Source of the DNA: Candidatus Levybacteria bacterium CG2_30_37_29
GTDB lineage: Bacteria; Patescibacteriota; Microgenomatia; Levybacterales; GWA1-39-11
Direction of reading: 5' to 3'
Length of the DNA: 64,000 bases
Assembly: GCA_001873215.1 (NCBI GenBank)
Contig: MNYS01000008.1
Coordinates: 66,657-130,656 of the forward strand
Numbering within the stretch: the stretch's first letter is position 1; each line of letters opens with the position of its first letter. A program made the position numbers and the translations under genes. Of this stretch, positions 1 to 12,667 are shown piece by piece. The notes beneath the pieces were generated by a model. It was not told where the DNA came from. It saw only the letters and a list, made by a program, of their open reading frames with translations, and did no database searches.

Positions 1-255
1 GAAGACGTAAAACTCTTTAAAGGCCAGGGATGTGACTATTGCGGACACTCAGGATTTCTTGGTAGAGTTGGAATATATGAGGTATTAGTTGTTTCTGAAA
101 AAATCTCAAAATTGATACTCGAAAGATCAGACAGCAATACTCTTGAGAAGCAGGCAGTAGAAGAGGGAATGATAACTATGAAACAGGATGGATACCTAAA
201 AGTCTTGGAAGGGGTTTCAACGATTGATGAAATTCTAAGAGTAGCGCAAGCATAA
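1..255 (+). CDS. pilB: Type IV pilus assembly ATPase PilB/GspE, C-terminal fragment (5' end outside window)
   Basis: Frame 1 reads ...GQGCDYCGHSGFLGRVGIYEVLVV...ILRVAQA* through a TAA stop at 253-255. The CxxC/GRxGIYE C-terminal motif is typical of GspE/PilB, and pilT/pilC follow directly. Confidence 0.6.
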   Translation, partial: EDVKLFKGQGCDYCGHSGFLGRVGIYEVLVVSEKISKLILERSDSNTLEKQAVEEGMITMKQDGYLKVLEGVSTIDEILRVAQA

Positions 256-342
256 CTCTAGAAAATAGTGGATAGGGAATACTAAATAGGCTATAGTGAA
301 TAGTAGGTAGTAATTGTAAATATTTAATGGGGAATAGCTGAT

Positions 343-1410
343 ATGACTATACAAGAACTTTTTGAAAAATCGATTGAAAATAAAGCATCGGAGCTACATT
401 TGATATCGGGTAGCAGCCCAATAATTAGAATTGACGGAAGACTAAGTCCGCTGGCAACATTTCCAATTCTCACAAATTTAGACATTGAAAACCTTGTAAA
501 ACCTATCATGTCCGCAGCTCAACAACAGTTATTTTCTGCAAACAGAAGTATTGACTTTTCTTACGCTTATGGCGGAGGAGACTATGGAGAAAAAGGAAGA
601 TTTAGGATAAATTTATATTATCAAAGAAATACTGTTGCGGGCGCATTCCGTCTTCTTCCGCCAGCAATAAGAACCATTGAGGAGCTTTTGCTCCCAAGAA
701 TTTGTCATAAATTTTCAGGACTTAAGCAAGGATTTATTTTGGTAACAGGCCCAACGGGACATGGAAAATCAACTACGATTGCTTCAATAGTAAACGAAAT
801 AAATATGAACCAGGCTGCAAACATTATTACTATTGAGGATCCAATAGAATATATTTATGGTAAAGGTAAGAGTATTATTTCCCAACGAGAAATTGGATCT
901 GACACACACTCTTGGGATGAGTCATTAAGGAGCGCTTTGCGGCAAGATCCTGATGTTGTTGTAATTGGTGAAATGCGCGACTTTGAAAGTGTTTCATCGG
1001 CCATAACCATTGCCGAAACAGGGCATCTGGTCTTTTCAACTCTTCACACAAATTCTGCAGCACAAAGCGTTGACCGTATAATTGATGCTTTTCCGGAACA
1101 CCAACAAAACCAAGTTAGAACACAACTTTCAGAAACTCTTGAAGGAATTATTTCCCAAAGGCTTATTCCAAGACTTGATGGAGGGAGAGTAGTTGCAACC
1201 GAAATACTTCTTGGAACAAATGCAGTTAAATCAAATATTCGCGATGGCAAGACTCACATGCTTGACTCTATTATCGAAAATTCTCAAGACGCGGGAATGA
1301 TACCGCTTGAAGTTTCACTTGCAAATCTTGTAAAACAAGGACAGGTTGCTCTTGAAGTTGCACAACAATACGCGCTTAGGCAAGACTCCTTTATCCGGCT
1401 TATTGGTTAG
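343..1410 (+). CDS. pilT: Twitching motility ATPase PilT
   Basis: 355 aa. Walker A GPTGHGKSTT; ITIEDPIEY; His-box HLVFSTLHTNSAAQSVDRIID. The length is typical for PilT. Confidence 0.85.
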   Translation: MTIQELFEKSIENKASELHLISGSSPIIRIDGRLSPLATFPILTNLDIENLVKPIMSAAQQQLFSANRSIDFSYAYGGGDYGEKGRFRINLYYQRNTVAGAFRLLPPAIRTIEELLLPRICHKFSGLKQGFILVTGPTGHGKSTTIASIVNEINMNQAANIITIEDPIEYIYGKGKSIISQREIGSDTHSWDESLRSALRQDPDVVVIGEMRDFESVSSAITIAETGHLVFSTLHTNSAAQSVDRIIDAFPEHQQNQVRTQLSETLEGIISQRLIPRLDGGRVVATEILLGTNAVKSNIRDGKTHMLDSIIENSQDAGMIPLEVSLANLVKQGQVALEVAQQYALRQDSFIRLIG

Positions 1411-1411
1411 T

Positions 1412-2614
1412 ATGGAATTTATATACCACGCCATTGACAAAGATGGTAAAAAACAAACAGGTAAAATTGAAGCAAACAATGAAAAGGAAGTTCTTGATTT
1501 CCTTCGAACAAGCCAATCAACACCCCTTAAAATCGCAAAATTTGAAAAATCAAACTCTCCTATTTTTTCCTACTTCACAAAAGTAAAAACCGGAGATATT
1601 GTTCTTTTTACACGACAACTTTCATCAATGACCATGACTGGCCTCACGCTTGTTGAATCCTTGAATATCTTAAGAGAACAAAACAACAAACCCAAAATGC
1701 AGGAGGTTATAGTCGATATAATTTCTTCAATATCTGACGGAAGTAGTTTTTCCAAAGCACTGGAAGCACACAAAGAAGTTTTTTCAGACGTTTATATAGC
1801 TCTTATAAAAGCCGCTGAAAGCGGAGGTCTTCTTGACAAGGTTTTATTAAGACTTGCCGATAACATGGAAAAGTCAGAAGATTTAAAAAAGACTATCCGT
1901 TCCGCGCTCTTTTATCCAATTATTATTGTTTCTGGTGTTTTTGGTGTTATTGTTATTATGAATATTTTTGTAATTCCACAACTTGGGCAATTATATGAAA
2001 ACCTTAATCTTCCTCTTCCGGCAACGACTAAAATTGTATTAGGTATTTCAAAACTCTTTACAACTTTCACGCCAATAATTTTAATTCTTATTGGACCGGC
2101 AATCTTCTTTATTAAAAGATTTACCAAAACAGACTTTGGAATAAAATTTACTAACAAGGTAAAAATAAAACTACCTGTTTTTGGGCAAATCTTTGTATTA
2201 TCAACTCTTGATGAGATAACCCGTACTCTTTCTCTTCTTATCACATCAGGTACATCGATTATTGAAGCTTTAAATATCGCCGCAAATGTTGCAAACAATT
2301 ATTACTACCGTCAAGCTGTAAAAAGCTCAGCGGCTCTCGTAGAAAAAGGGGTAACTATATCTGCGGCAATGCAATATCAAAATATTTTTCCTCCGCTTTT
2401 AGTACAAATGTTAAAAGTAGGAGAATCAACGGGAAAAATAGATGAAAGCCTTTTAAAAATGTCTGAATACTTTGAACGAGATTTAGATGCAAGAGTCAAG
2501 ATGCTGACAACATCAATAGAACCTATTCTTATTATTGTCTTGGGTGTATCCGTAGCTTTCCTTATTATATCTGTAATCACACCTATTTACAGCCTAATTT
2601 CACAAATTCAATAA
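1412..2614 (+). CDS. pilC: Type IV pilus inner-membrane platform protein PilC (GspF family)
   Basis: The track ORF starts at 1346, but the internal ATG at 1412 lies immediately after the pilT stop and is the likely true start. Two GspF-type repeats and three transmembrane segments; ends ...PIYSLISQIQ*. Confidence 0.8.
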   Translation: MEFIYHAIDKDGKKQTGKIEANNEKEVLDFLRTSQSTPLKIAKFEKSNSPIFSYFTKVKTGDIVLFTRQLSSMTMTGLTLVESLNILREQNNKPKMQEVIVDIISSISDGSSFSKALEAHKEVFSDVYIALIKAAESGGLLDKVLLRLADNMEKSEDLKKTIRSALFYPIIIVSGVFGVIVIMNIFVIPQLGQLYENLNLPLPATTKIVLGISKLFTTFTPIILILIGPAIFFIKRFTKTDFGIKFTNKVKIKLPVFGQIFVLSTLDEITRTLSLLITSGTSIIEALNIAANVANNYYYRQAVKSSAALVEKGVTISAAMQYQNIFPPLLVQMLKVGESTGKIDESLLKMSEYFERDLDARVKMLTTSIEPILIIVLGVSVAFLIISVITPIYSLISQIQ

Positions 2615-2676
2615 CATCTTCTCTAGCTATAAAGCTAGAGTTCCCCTAAGGAAGATGTTTTCTTACTTCAATTCAT

Positions 2677-2706
2677 CCCCGTTCTTAAAAGAACGGGGTT
2701 TTCTTG
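2677..2706 (+). terminator. Rho-independent terminator after pilC
   Basis: ccccgttc-ttaaaa-gaacgggg, an 8-bp GC stem, followed by ttttctt. A second perfect hairpin ctctagct-ataa-agctagag lies at 2621-2640 but has no T-tract. Confidence 0.6.
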
Positions 2707-2766
2707 AAGGGCGAATAGGATAACTAATACAAACACTATCATCTTGACGAATTAGGCTTTTTTGAC

Positions 2767-2796
2767 TTGCAAAATAATCTTTTTTTCTGCTACAAT
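2767..2796 (+). promoter_or_regulatory. Candidate sigma70-like promoter for gyrB (near-leaderless)
   Basis: TTGCAA (2767-2772), 18-nt spacer, TACAAT (2791-2796), located 13 nt upstream of the gyrB ATG. Based on pattern only. Confidence 0.2.
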
Positions 2797-2802
2797 GGAT
2801 AG

Positions 2803-4779
<1,977 letters not shown>

Positions 4780-4780
4780 T

Positions 4781-5266
4781 ATGGAATCGAGAGAACAATT
4801 ACAACAAAACGAGGGATGGTATTCGATAGTACCGACTGAAGAAATTCCTGAAGGCATAAACACGTGGGCGGTTGATGTTCTAGATGTCGGAAAGTTAACC
4901 GTAATTCTAGAAGATAAACCTGGAGGAGGATATGATAATAAAGCATTTGTTCTGAGCGGGGATGTACCTGGACTTGCAATTAATGGAGCTGAGTTGCATC
5001 GACAAGGTTTCAAAATATTAAAGGTTTCATTGGAGCCCTTCGGTTATAGATCTCAACAAGATACTGAAATTCGGTTGAGAGAATCGAGTTCCTGTTTTAG
5101 AAGCACCCTTTATAGCACAAATGGGGATAAACAGTTAAAACCACAGTACTGGTTTAATGCAAATGATAATGCTGAAAAACCCGACATGAGAGATATTATG
5201 GTAAGGCCTGAAAGAGACCAGCTAGAACAAATTCAGATTAGATTTCCTGAAGGAGGTGACGATTAA
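4781..5266 (+). CDS. Hypothetical protein (161 aa), no recognisable motif
   Basis: Intact ORF lying between gyrB and ppa. Acidic, with no TM segments and no motif I recognise. Confidence 0.5.
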   Translation: MESREQLQQNEGWYSIVPTEEIPEGINTWAVDVLDVGKLTVILEDKPGGGYDNKAFVLSGDVPGLAINGAELHRQGFKILKVSLEPFGYRSQQDTEIRLRESSSCFRSTLYSTNGDKQLKPQYWFNANDNAEKPDMRDIMVRPERDQLEQIQIRFPEGGDD

Positions 5267-5269
5267 TTT

Positions 5270-5776
5270 ATGAAGTTAACAGCAGGGAAAAATGCACCAG
5301 AAGTTGTAAACGTCTTTATAGAGATTCCGAAAGGAACAAGTGTTAAGTATGAGCTTGATAAAGAAAGCGGAGTATTGTTTGTGGACAGATTTTCATCTAC
5401 AGCAATGTTCTATCCGGCAAATTACGGTTATGTTCCAGCAACATTAAGCGAAGACGGGGATCCTGTCGACGTATTAGTTCTGTCCGAACAAGCAGTTGTT
5501 CCCGGAGTTGTAATTCCGTCAAAACCTATCGGAATGCTTGAAATGGAAGATGAATCAGGAATTGATGCAAAAATAATTGCGGTTCCGGCAGTAACAGGCG
5601 ATGCATATTCAATATTTAACGATTTACCCGATGTTCCGGAAATTCTAAAAGCGCAAATTAGGCACTTTTTTGAAAATTATAAATCAATTGACAAAGGTAA
5701 GTGGGTAAAACTAAAAGACTGGAAAGGTCGAGAAACAGCAATTGAAGAAATCAGGAAAGGAATGGGTAAGAAGTAA
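5270..5776 (+). CDS. ppa: Inorganic pyrophosphatase (family I)
   Basis: 168 aa. Contains ...YPANYGYVPATLSEDGDPVDVLVL... and DAKIIAV, the classic soluble PPase core. Confidence 0.9.
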   Translation: MKLTAGKNAPEVVNVFIEIPKGTSVKYELDKESGVLFVDRFSSTAMFYPANYGYVPATLSEDGDPVDVLVLSEQAVVPGVVIPSKPIGMLEMEDESGIDAKIIAVPAVTGDAYSIFNDLPDVPEILKAQIRHFFENYKSIDKGKWVKLKDWKGRETAIEEIRKGMGKK

Positions 5777-5879
5777 TTTTTAATTTTCAGTTTTCAATTT
5801 ACAATAAATTTTCAATTTAAAATTGATTATTTAACAATTCAATGAAAATTGTAAATTAGAAATTGTAAATTTTATTAAT
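5777..5879 (+). promoter_or_regulatory. AT-rich repeat-dense gyrA upstream region
   Basis: Direct repeats ttttcaattta (x2) and aaattgtaaatt (x2); the latter is the reverse complement of caatttacaat at ~5795. Contains no ORF. Confidence 0.3.
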
Positions 5880-8426
5880 ATGAGTGAAATTGGAAAATTA
5901 GAACAGATTGATATAACAAATCAGGCGAAAAAAGCGTATCTTGACTACGCAATGAGCGTTATTGTTTCACGTGCACTGCCGGATGTAAGAGACGGACTAA
6001 AACCGGTACATCGAAGAATTCTTTTTGCAATGCATGAGATGGGTTTGAATCCCGCCGCAAAATATGCAAAGAGCGCAAAAATTGTCGGAGAAACAATGGG
6101 TAAATACCATCCGCACGGAGACATGGCAATTTATGATTCTCTTGTCCGCCTTGCGCAGGATTTTTCAATGCGATATCCATTGGTTGATGGTCAAGGAAAC
6201 TTTGGTTCTATGGATGGCGACTCCGCCGCCGCAATGCGTTATACGGAAGCAAAACTTACTCACCTTGCTGTAGAGATGCTTTTTGATATTGAAAAAGATA
6301 CCGTTGAATACATTCCCAATTTTGACGGAACTCTAAAAGAACCTGTTTATCTCCCATCAAAACTTCCGAATTTGCTTCTTATGGGAAGCGAAGGAATTGC
6401 AGTTGGCATGGCAACAAAAATTCCACCGCATAATCTGGGTGAAATAATTGACGCTGTAATTTTTACTATCAGCAATACAACTCACCAAAAAATTGAAGGG
6501 GCGCGTGTTCAAAAAGACGCCACCCAAATGACAGATGAAGAAATTCAACATTTAAAACCTTCTTTCTCGCTAACATCAGACGTTACGGTAGATCAGCTTT
6601 TGGAATTTGTTAAGGGACCCGATTTCCCTACTGGTGGTGCGATATTTGACATAAATGAAATTAAAAATGTTTATAGAACGGGTCGCGGGAAAATTCTAAT
6701 TCGTGGAATTGCTGAAATTGAAGATATAGGTCAGGGCAAAAACGCAATTATAATCCGGGAACTCCCTTATCAAGTAAATAAATCTGTGCTTGTTGCGCGA
6801 ATTGCAGAACTTGCAAAAGATAAAAAACTTGAAGGACTATCAGACCTTCGAGACGAATCGGACAGACAGGGAATTCGCGTTGTCATAGAGTTAAAACGTG
6901 ATGTTTCTCCGAGAAAAATTTTGAATAATTTGTTTAAGCTGACTTCCTTGCAAACGTCTTTCCCCGCAAACATAGTTGCCTTGGTTGACGGAGTGCCGAG
7001 AACCTTAAATCTTAAAGTTATGCTTGATGAATATATTTATCATCGCTTTACCGTCATTACACGCAGAAGTGAATTTGAGCTCAAACAAGCAAAAGCAAGA
7101 CTTCATATATTAGATGGGCTTATTATCGCGGTCAACAATATAGACGAAATTGTTGAAATTATTAAAAAGTCAAAAAATGTTGATGAGGCAAGGACAAAAC
7201 TTATCACAAGATTTAAGCTCTCAGAAATTCAGGCTAATGCAATTCTTGACATGCAGCTGAGACGTCTTACGGGTCTTGAGAGGGAAAAATTGGAGGATGA
7301 ATGGAAAATGACCAAAGAGTTAATAGATTATATTGAAGAACTTCTAACAAATCCTAAAAAAATGCTTCAGGTAGTCGGTGACGAATTGAAAAAAATAAAA
7401 GAGAAATACGCTGATGCAAGACGAACCCGCGTTTACAAATCAAAGGTTGACGAATTTTCAGAAGAAGATCTTATTCAAAACGAACCGACTGTTATTACTA
7501 TTACGCAAACCGGATATATCAAACGCCAAAGCATGGCAAGCTTTAAAACCCAAGCTCGCGGCGGCAAAGGAGTACGCGGCATGACAACAAAAGAAGAAGA
7601 CGCGATAGACCATATACTTTACGCGCAAACTCACGATTTTATACTTTTTTTCACAAACCTTGGAAAAGTATACCAAACAAGGGTTTATGAAATGGCCGAA
7701 GCTTCCCGCGTTTCAAAAGGACAAGCGATTGTAAATTTGCTCGACATAACTCAAGGCGAAAAAATCCAAAGCATTTTGACATACAATCCAAAAGAAAAAG
7801 CCGCAAACACGTATATTTTTCTGGCAACCAAAAAAGGGGTGATTAAGAAAACAAAAATTGACGATTTCAAAAATATAAGACGGGGTGGAATAATTGCAAT
7901 AAAGATTGATAAAGACGATGCGCTTGAATGGGCAAAACTTTCAAGCGGGGAAGATGATATCCTTCTTATTACCAAAAACGGAAAAATAATTTGCTTTAAT
8001 GAAAAACAAGTTCGTTCTACGGGAAGATCAAGTCAAGGAGTCCGCGGAATAAAACTTATCGGAGATGATGTAGTAGTTGGTCTAGATCTTATTTCAGGAG
8101 GAGGTAAAACAGCCGAACTTTTGGTAATTGCAGAAAATGGTCTTGGCAAAAGAACTAAAGTTTCAGAAGTAAGAAATCAAAAACGAGGAGGGCAGGGAGT
8201 CCGCGTCGCACACATTTCTGAAAAAACAGGAAAGCTTGTATTCTCAAATGTTTTGGAAAAAGAAAACCGAGAAGTAATAATAACATCCAAAAAAGGGCAG
8301 GTTGTAAAAATTCCTCTTTCTTCAACACCGCTTTTATCGCGCAATGCGCAAGGCGTAATCTTGATGAGATTTTCTGACAAGTCGGATAAAGTCGCATCCG
8401 CAACAACACTCGGTGGACAAGAATAG
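5880..8426 (+). CDS. gyrA: DNA gyrase subunit A
   Basis: 848 aa. [10 protein letters not shown] active-site Tyr region and the ...[34 protein letters not shown]... block (QRDR-like); C-terminal beta-pinwheel repeats. Confidence 0.95.
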   Translation: MSEIGKLEQIDITNQAKKAYLDYAMSVIVSRALPDVRDGLKPVHRRILFAMHEMGLNPAAKYAKSAKIVGETMGKYHPHGDMAIYDSLVRLAQDFSMRYPLVDGQGNFGSMDGDSAAAMRYTEAKLTHLAVEMLFDIEKDTVEYIPNFDGTLKEPVYLPSKLPNLLLMGSEGIAVGMATKIPPHNLGEIIDAVIFTISNTTHQKIEGARVQKDATQMTDEEIQHLKPSFSLTSDVTVDQLLEFVKGPDFPTGGAIFDINEIKNVYRTGRGKILIRGIAEIEDIGQGKNAIIIRELPYQVNKSVLVARIAELAKDKKLEGLSDLRDESDRQGIRVVIELKRDVSPRKILNNLFKLTSLQTSFPANIVALVDGVPRTLNLKVMLDEYIYHRFTVITRRSEFELKQAKARLHILDGLIIAVNNIDEIVEIIKKSKNVDEARTKLITRFKLSEIQANAILDMQLRRLTGLEREKLEDEWKMTKELIDYIEELLTNPKKMLQVVGDELKKIKEKYADARRTRVYKSKVDEFSEEDLIQNEPTVITITQTGYIKRQSMASFKTQARGGKGVRGMTTKEEDAIDHILYAQTHDFILFFTNLGKVYQTRVYEMAEASRVSKGQAIVNLLDITQGEKIQSILTYNPKEKAANTYIFLATKKGVIKKTKIDDFKNIRRGGIIAIKIDKDDALEWAKLSSGEDDILLITKNGKIICFNEKQVRSTGRSSQGVRGIKLIGDDVVVGLDLISGGGKTAELLVIAENGLGKRTKVSEVRNQKRGGQGVRVAHISEKTGKLVFSNVLEKENREVIITSKKGQVVKIPLSSTPLLSRNAQGVILMRFSDKSDKVASATTLGGQE

Positions 8427-8474
8427 CACCTTTCTAAACATCTTCAAATCTTTCATTTTGATATAATTAGCTCC

Positions 8475-9314
8475 ATGGTTATAAGCGGAAGAGAATTGGC
8501 AAAACCTATCATTGCAAAAATAAAAGAAGACGTAGAAAAACTTGCTAACAAAAAAGTCTTTCCAAAAATTGCAATTATAACTCTTGGATCCGAAGAATCT
8601 TGGGCAACTTATGTAGGACAGAAACTAAAACTGGCAGACACGCTTGGCATCAAAACGGAACTAATAAATTTATCTGTTGACGAACCAGAAAAGTTACTAC
8701 TAAAAACTATTCGTCGATTAAACAATGACAGTACGATACACGGAATAATTGTCCAACGCCCAATGCCAAAAAATATAAACTCTAAAAATGTAATTTCGGG
8801 AATTTTAAAAGAGAAGGATATTGATGGGTTTAGATATGATTCTTTATATAAAGTACCTGTTTGGCTGGCTGTGATAGATATTATCACTCATGCACTTCAG
8901 GTGACAACACGCACAAAGTTACAAGTTAGCCTGTTAAATCAATCTATTTTGATACTTGGCAAAGGCGAAACAGCAGGCATGCCGGTTATTCGTGAGCTAC
9001 TCTCACTTGGCCTTGATCCAATTGTAGTTGACAGCAAAACAAAAAATAAAAATGACTTATTAAAAAAGGCGGACATTATTGTAACAGCTGTTGGTAAAAA
9101 ACTTGTTAAAAAAGAAGTCCTCAAGCCCGGAGTTATACTAATCGGCATAGGGATTTACAGAAATGATAAAGGAAAACTTGTAGGCGATTATGATGAAGAT
9201 GAAATCCAAAATGTTGCCTCGTACTATACGCCAACTCCCGGCGGAGTAGGACCGCTTAACCTTGCGTACTTATTCAGCAATTTGATTGAAGCTGCAAAAA
9301 AGCAAGCCTCTTAA
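8475..9314 (+). CDS. folD: Bifunctional methylene-THF dehydrogenase/methenyl-THF cyclohydrolase FolD
   Basis: 279 aa. ISGRELAKPI...; GIIVQRPMP; VIGRSNIVG-like ILILGKGETAGMP; C-terminal TPTPGGVGPLNLAYLFSNLIEAAKK. Confidence 0.8.
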   Translation: MVISGRELAKPIIAKIKEDVEKLANKKVFPKIAIITLGSEESWATYVGQKLKLADTLGIKTELINLSVDEPEKLLLKTIRRLNNDSTIHGIIVQRPMPKNINSKNVISGILKEKDIDGFRYDSLYKVPVWLAVIDIITHALQVTTRTKLQVSLLNQSILILGKGETAGMPVIRELLSLGLDPIVVDSKTKNKNDLLKKADIIVTAVGKKLVKKEVLKPGVILIGIGIYRNDKGKLVGDYDEDEIQNVASYYTPTPGGVGPLNLAYLFSNLIEAAKKQAS

Positions 9315-10222
9315 AACTCCAGAAGCTCTGATAACTTAACAAACTCAAATCCTTTATTCTTTAATTGTTCAATAATTTCAAAAAGTGTATCAGCGGTCCT
9401 AGGAGCATTTGGCGCACCGTTCATATGCAAAACAATAATAGAACCGTTTGTCGTTTTATCAATCACATTTCGCTTTATGCTTTCTGCATTGTAATTAAAT
9501 CCATCTCCGCCTACGACATCCCAAGCTACAACAACAAGACCTTCGCTTTCCGCAACATTAACATCTTTTTGAGAATAGCATCCACCTGGAAAGCGGAAGA
9601 AAATTCCCTCAACGCCCGCAACAGATTTTAATAATTTCTGCGTAAGCCTTATTTCTTTTCTTGCTCCATCTTTTGCAATTTGTGAAAGTCCGTAGCAATA
9701 ACCATAAAATGCAGGATGAGAATATGAATGATTTGCTAATTCAAAAAGAGGATTTTTTGCAAGAATTTTTGCGTCTTCAGGATAATTTTCTATCCACAAA
9801 CCAGTTAGAAATAATGTTGCTTGTGTATTTGTTTTCTGCAAAATATAGGTAATCCTTCTGTCGTAAGCTCCTTTTGATACTCTCGAAATAATATTTTGCC
9901 GCATTGAATAAGTCATATCGGCATCAAAAGTTAGAGCTATTTTTTTTGTCTTCCTGCTTCCGCTAAAAACAACAGGAACAAGATTTGAGTCTCCTGTTTT
10001 TTTCAAAATTTTCCAGAGCCGGCGGTTAAAAATTCCTCCTCCTCTTGAATATTCATCAAAAGTAAAAATTGTAGAATTATTTTTTTGTGCACTATATTTG
10101 TTAATAAATTGCACCACAAGGAATCCAAAAATTACAATTGCAAGTAAAAAATATACATGCCGGAAAGTTTCTTTTTTGGAAACCAATAATTTCCTGTGGA
10201 TTGTTTTTTTCTTTTTTTTCAC
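9311..10222 (-). CDS. Polysaccharide deacetylase (CE4/NodB family), membrane-anchored
   Basis: CE4 motifs LTFDADMT, LANHSYSHP and FRFPGG. N-terminal Lys-rich stretch plus TM helix. The stop overlaps the folD stop (convergent genes). Confidence 0.8.
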   Translation of the reverse strand: MKKKKKTIHRKLLVSKKETFRHVYFLLAIVIFGFLVVQFINKYSAQKNNSTIFTFDEYSRGGGIFNRRLWKILKKTGDSNLVPVVFSGSRKTKKIALTFDADMTYSMRQNIISRVSKGAYDRRITYILQKTNTQATLFLTGLWIENYPEDAKILAKNPLFELANHSYSHPAFYGYCYGLSQIAKDGARKEIRLTQKLLKSVAGVEGIFFRFPGGCYSQKDVNVAESEGLVVVAWDVVGGDGFNYNAESIKRNVIDKTTNGSIIVLHMNGAPNAPRTADTLFEIIEQLKNKGFEFVKLSELLEF

Positions 10223-10271
10223 GGTTATAGACGGTTATAGAATTGTAAAGATAAAATTTATAAAAAGCAAT

Positions 10272-11420
10272 TTACCGGAGTGTGTTAAAAATGTCAGAAT
10301 TATTTCCCTCGTATCCAAGCGCCCAAAAAGCAACTCCTCCCAACTTTGTTTCTTTTACAAAATTGATTTTTTCGCCAATAGATTTTTTGTCTTCATAATA
10401 AACTTGCTTTAATACATTATTCTCTTTATAAGAAAACCATGGAGAACGTGCCTTTTCATCCCACGATGAAGAAATTGAAGCATTTTCAGAGAGAAGCTTT
10501 AATATTCGTTTGTACGTTGCAACTGCGCCTTTTTTTCCAACCACAGAACTTTTAGGACGAGCGTCCAGAGTTTCCCATTCATATCCGTAAAGCGGAATTC
10601 CAAGAACTAGTTTTTCAAAAGGAACTTTGTTGACAAAATATTCAACAGATTCCCGAATAGTATGATCATTTACCTCACCATCAATTGGTGCAGCAGGACC
10701 GGCCCAAACTGATTTCGCAGTCCGGTAGTCATATCCCATGAGAATAATAAAATCGAACACATCACCTAACGTCCGAACATCATAAAAATCTTTTTTTTCT
10801 GTTATCCTGCCGGAAACATCAAACGAAAGAGAAAATGACGGATAATAAATTCTAAGCCTGCTGTTTACTTTTTTAAAAAAATCCGATAGAGCAGATGACG
10901 AAGGAATGCTAGTGCCTTGTTGATACTCAAAATCAAAATTTATTCCGTCAAGTTCGTTTTCCTTAATAAGACTTTCTGTTTGATAAATAAAATTTTCAGT
11001 AGCAGATGTGTTTTGTATCAAGTAATTAATAGAAGCATTATCAAAATTTGTAAGAGCAAGAATAATTTTTGTTCCGGATTTTTGAGCATCATTTTTTATG
11101 GAAGAGAACTTTTTTGAATTAAACATTTGCCATTCGGGTCCTCTTTTTAAAATATCTCCATTTTTATCAACAGCAAGTCCAAAGTAAATAATTTTAGTAA
11201 AATTTTGGGGTAAAACTTCGTAATCACCCGAAAGATTCCAATATGGCAAAAAGCCAATAATTTCATTTACTTTATTTTCTTTGGGGATTGGAGAAGCTTT
11301 TTGCACTTCGTCTTTAGAAATATTTTGTATAGCATCATTTTTAAAACTTAAAAAAATAAAAATAGCTATAGAGAGACCGGCACAAAATAGAAAAATAAAA
11401 ATAACTGAAATTCTTTTCAT
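10272..11420 (-). CDS. Glycoside hydrolase family 18 (chitinase/peptidoglycan hydrolase-like), secreted
   Basis: Catalytic DGINFDFEY (DxxDxDxE) motif; LGIPLYGYEW; N-terminal signal/TM segment. Confidence 0.75.
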   Translation of the reverse strand: MKRISVIFIFLFCAGLSIAIFIFLSFKNDAIQNISKDEVQKASPIPKENKVNEIIGFLPYWNLSGDYEVLPQNFTKIIYFGLAVDKNGDILKRGPEWQMFNSKKFSSIKNDAQKSGTKIILALTNFDNASINYLIQNTSATENFIYQTESLIKENELDGINFDFEYQQGTSIPSSSALSDFFKKVNSRLRIYYPSFSLSFDVSGRITEKKDFYDVRTLGDVFDFIILMGYDYRTAKSVWAGPAAPIDGEVNDHTIRESVEYFVNKVPFEKLVLGIPLYGYEWETLDARPKSSVVGKKGAVATYKRILKLLSENASISSSWDEKARSPWFSYKENNVLKQVYYEDKKSIGEKINFVKETKLGGVAFWALGYEGNNSDIFNTLR

Positions 11421-11501
11421 CTTTTAATTATACCAAAGCAACACTATTATAAGCTTGACTCGGACAAAACACACAAGTACAATTAGAACATTCGTTATTT
11501 T

Positions 11502-12539
11502 ATGAAATACAAAATTACAGTAGGAATTGTTTTTTTTATTCTTGTTGTTATTCTCCTTCTAATTTTTATACCAAAAACTAAATATCCTAAAAAAAATTCG
11601 CAAGAACCGCAAGTTTTGGAAGAAGTAACAGAAATAAATCCATTGATGATTTCTGCAATGCGAAAGAAAAATTACCCCGGAAGTCAAATTCAAATTGAGG
11701 AAACTCTTGCTTCCGGAAGCAACTATAAACAATACATCGCTTCTTATCTCTCTGAAGGATTAAAAATCTACGGACTTCTTACCATACCAGACAGTGACAA
11801 ACCGAAAGAAGGTTTTCCTGCAATTATTTTTAATCACGGATATATTCCTCCGGAAGAGTACAGAACAACCGAAAGATACGTTGCGTACGTTGACGGTTTT
11901 GCAAGAAACGGATACGTTGTTTTTAAACCTGATTACCGAGGACACGGAAACTCCGAAGGAAAACCGGAAGGTGCGTATTATTCTCCGGCGTATACAACAG
12001 ATGTACTAAATGCATTGTCTTCTGTAAAAAAACTTAAAGAAGTAAATCCTCAAAAAATAGGCATGTGGGGCCATTCACTTGGTGGCAACATTACCATGCG
12101 TATAATGGTTATAGACCGTGACATAAAAGCCGGGGTTATTTGGTCAGGGGTTGTAGGAACATATGACGATATGCTGACACGATGGGTACGCGCTGTTCCG
12201 TTCAGGCCTTCAACAAGCGAGGCGCAAGCGCACGTTACAAGCATAAGAAAGCAGCTTGTGGAAAAATACGGAAATCCTTCTCAAAACTCTCCGTTCTGGA
12301 AATCAATTGACCCTCATTATTTTTTAAACGATATCTCCGGTCCGATAGAACTCCATCACGGTTTAGCGGATGAAGAAGTACCTTTGTCATTTTCCAAAAG
12401 CTTTTATGATGATTTAAAGAAAGCTGGAAAAACTGTCGAGCTTTATACTTATGAAGGGGCAGACCACAATTTATCTCAAGGATTTAGTCTTGCCATGCAA
12501 CGTTCGGTGGAATTTTTTGAAAAGTATTTAAAAAAATAA
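11502..12539 (+). CDS. Alpha/beta hydrolase (S9 prolyl oligopeptidase / dienelactone hydrolase-like), membrane-anchored
   Basis: GxSxG nucleophile elbow MWGHSLGGN; C-terminal Asp/His region GLADEEVP...EGADHNL; N-terminal TM helix. Confidence 0.7.
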   Translation: MKYKITVGIVFFILVVILLLIFIPKTKYPKKNSQEPQVLEEVTEINPLMISAMRKKNYPGSQIQIEETLASGSNYKQYIASYLSEGLKIYGLLTIPDSDKPKEGFPAIIFNHGYIPPEEYRTTERYVAYVDGFARNGYVVFKPDYRGHGNSEGKPEGAYYSPAYTTDVLNALSSVKKLKEVNPQKIGMWGHSLGGNITMRIMVIDRDIKAGVIWSGVVGTYDDMLTRWVRAVPFRPSTSEAQAHVTSIRKQLVEKYGNPSQNSPFWKSIDPHYFLNDISGPIELHHGLADEEVPLSFSKSFYDDLKKAGKTVELYTYEGADHNLSQGFSLAMQRSVEFFEKYLKK

Positions 12540-12667
12540 TCTTTATTTAAGCCTTATCCCGTTTATCAAATAGCTTCCAGCTTCGCCAGCCGGGCACAAC
12601 TTGTAAGGTAGCCTGAATTAGCAATCCCTTCTTCACATTCAGCATGCCATAGGTTATAATCCTTTCC

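Noticed and set aside
1346-1411. pilC start at 1346 as given in the ORF track
   Set aside because: That start would overlap pilT by 65 nt. An in-frame ATG at 1412 lies directly after the pilT stop, and PilC homologs begin there (MEFIYHAIDKDGK...).
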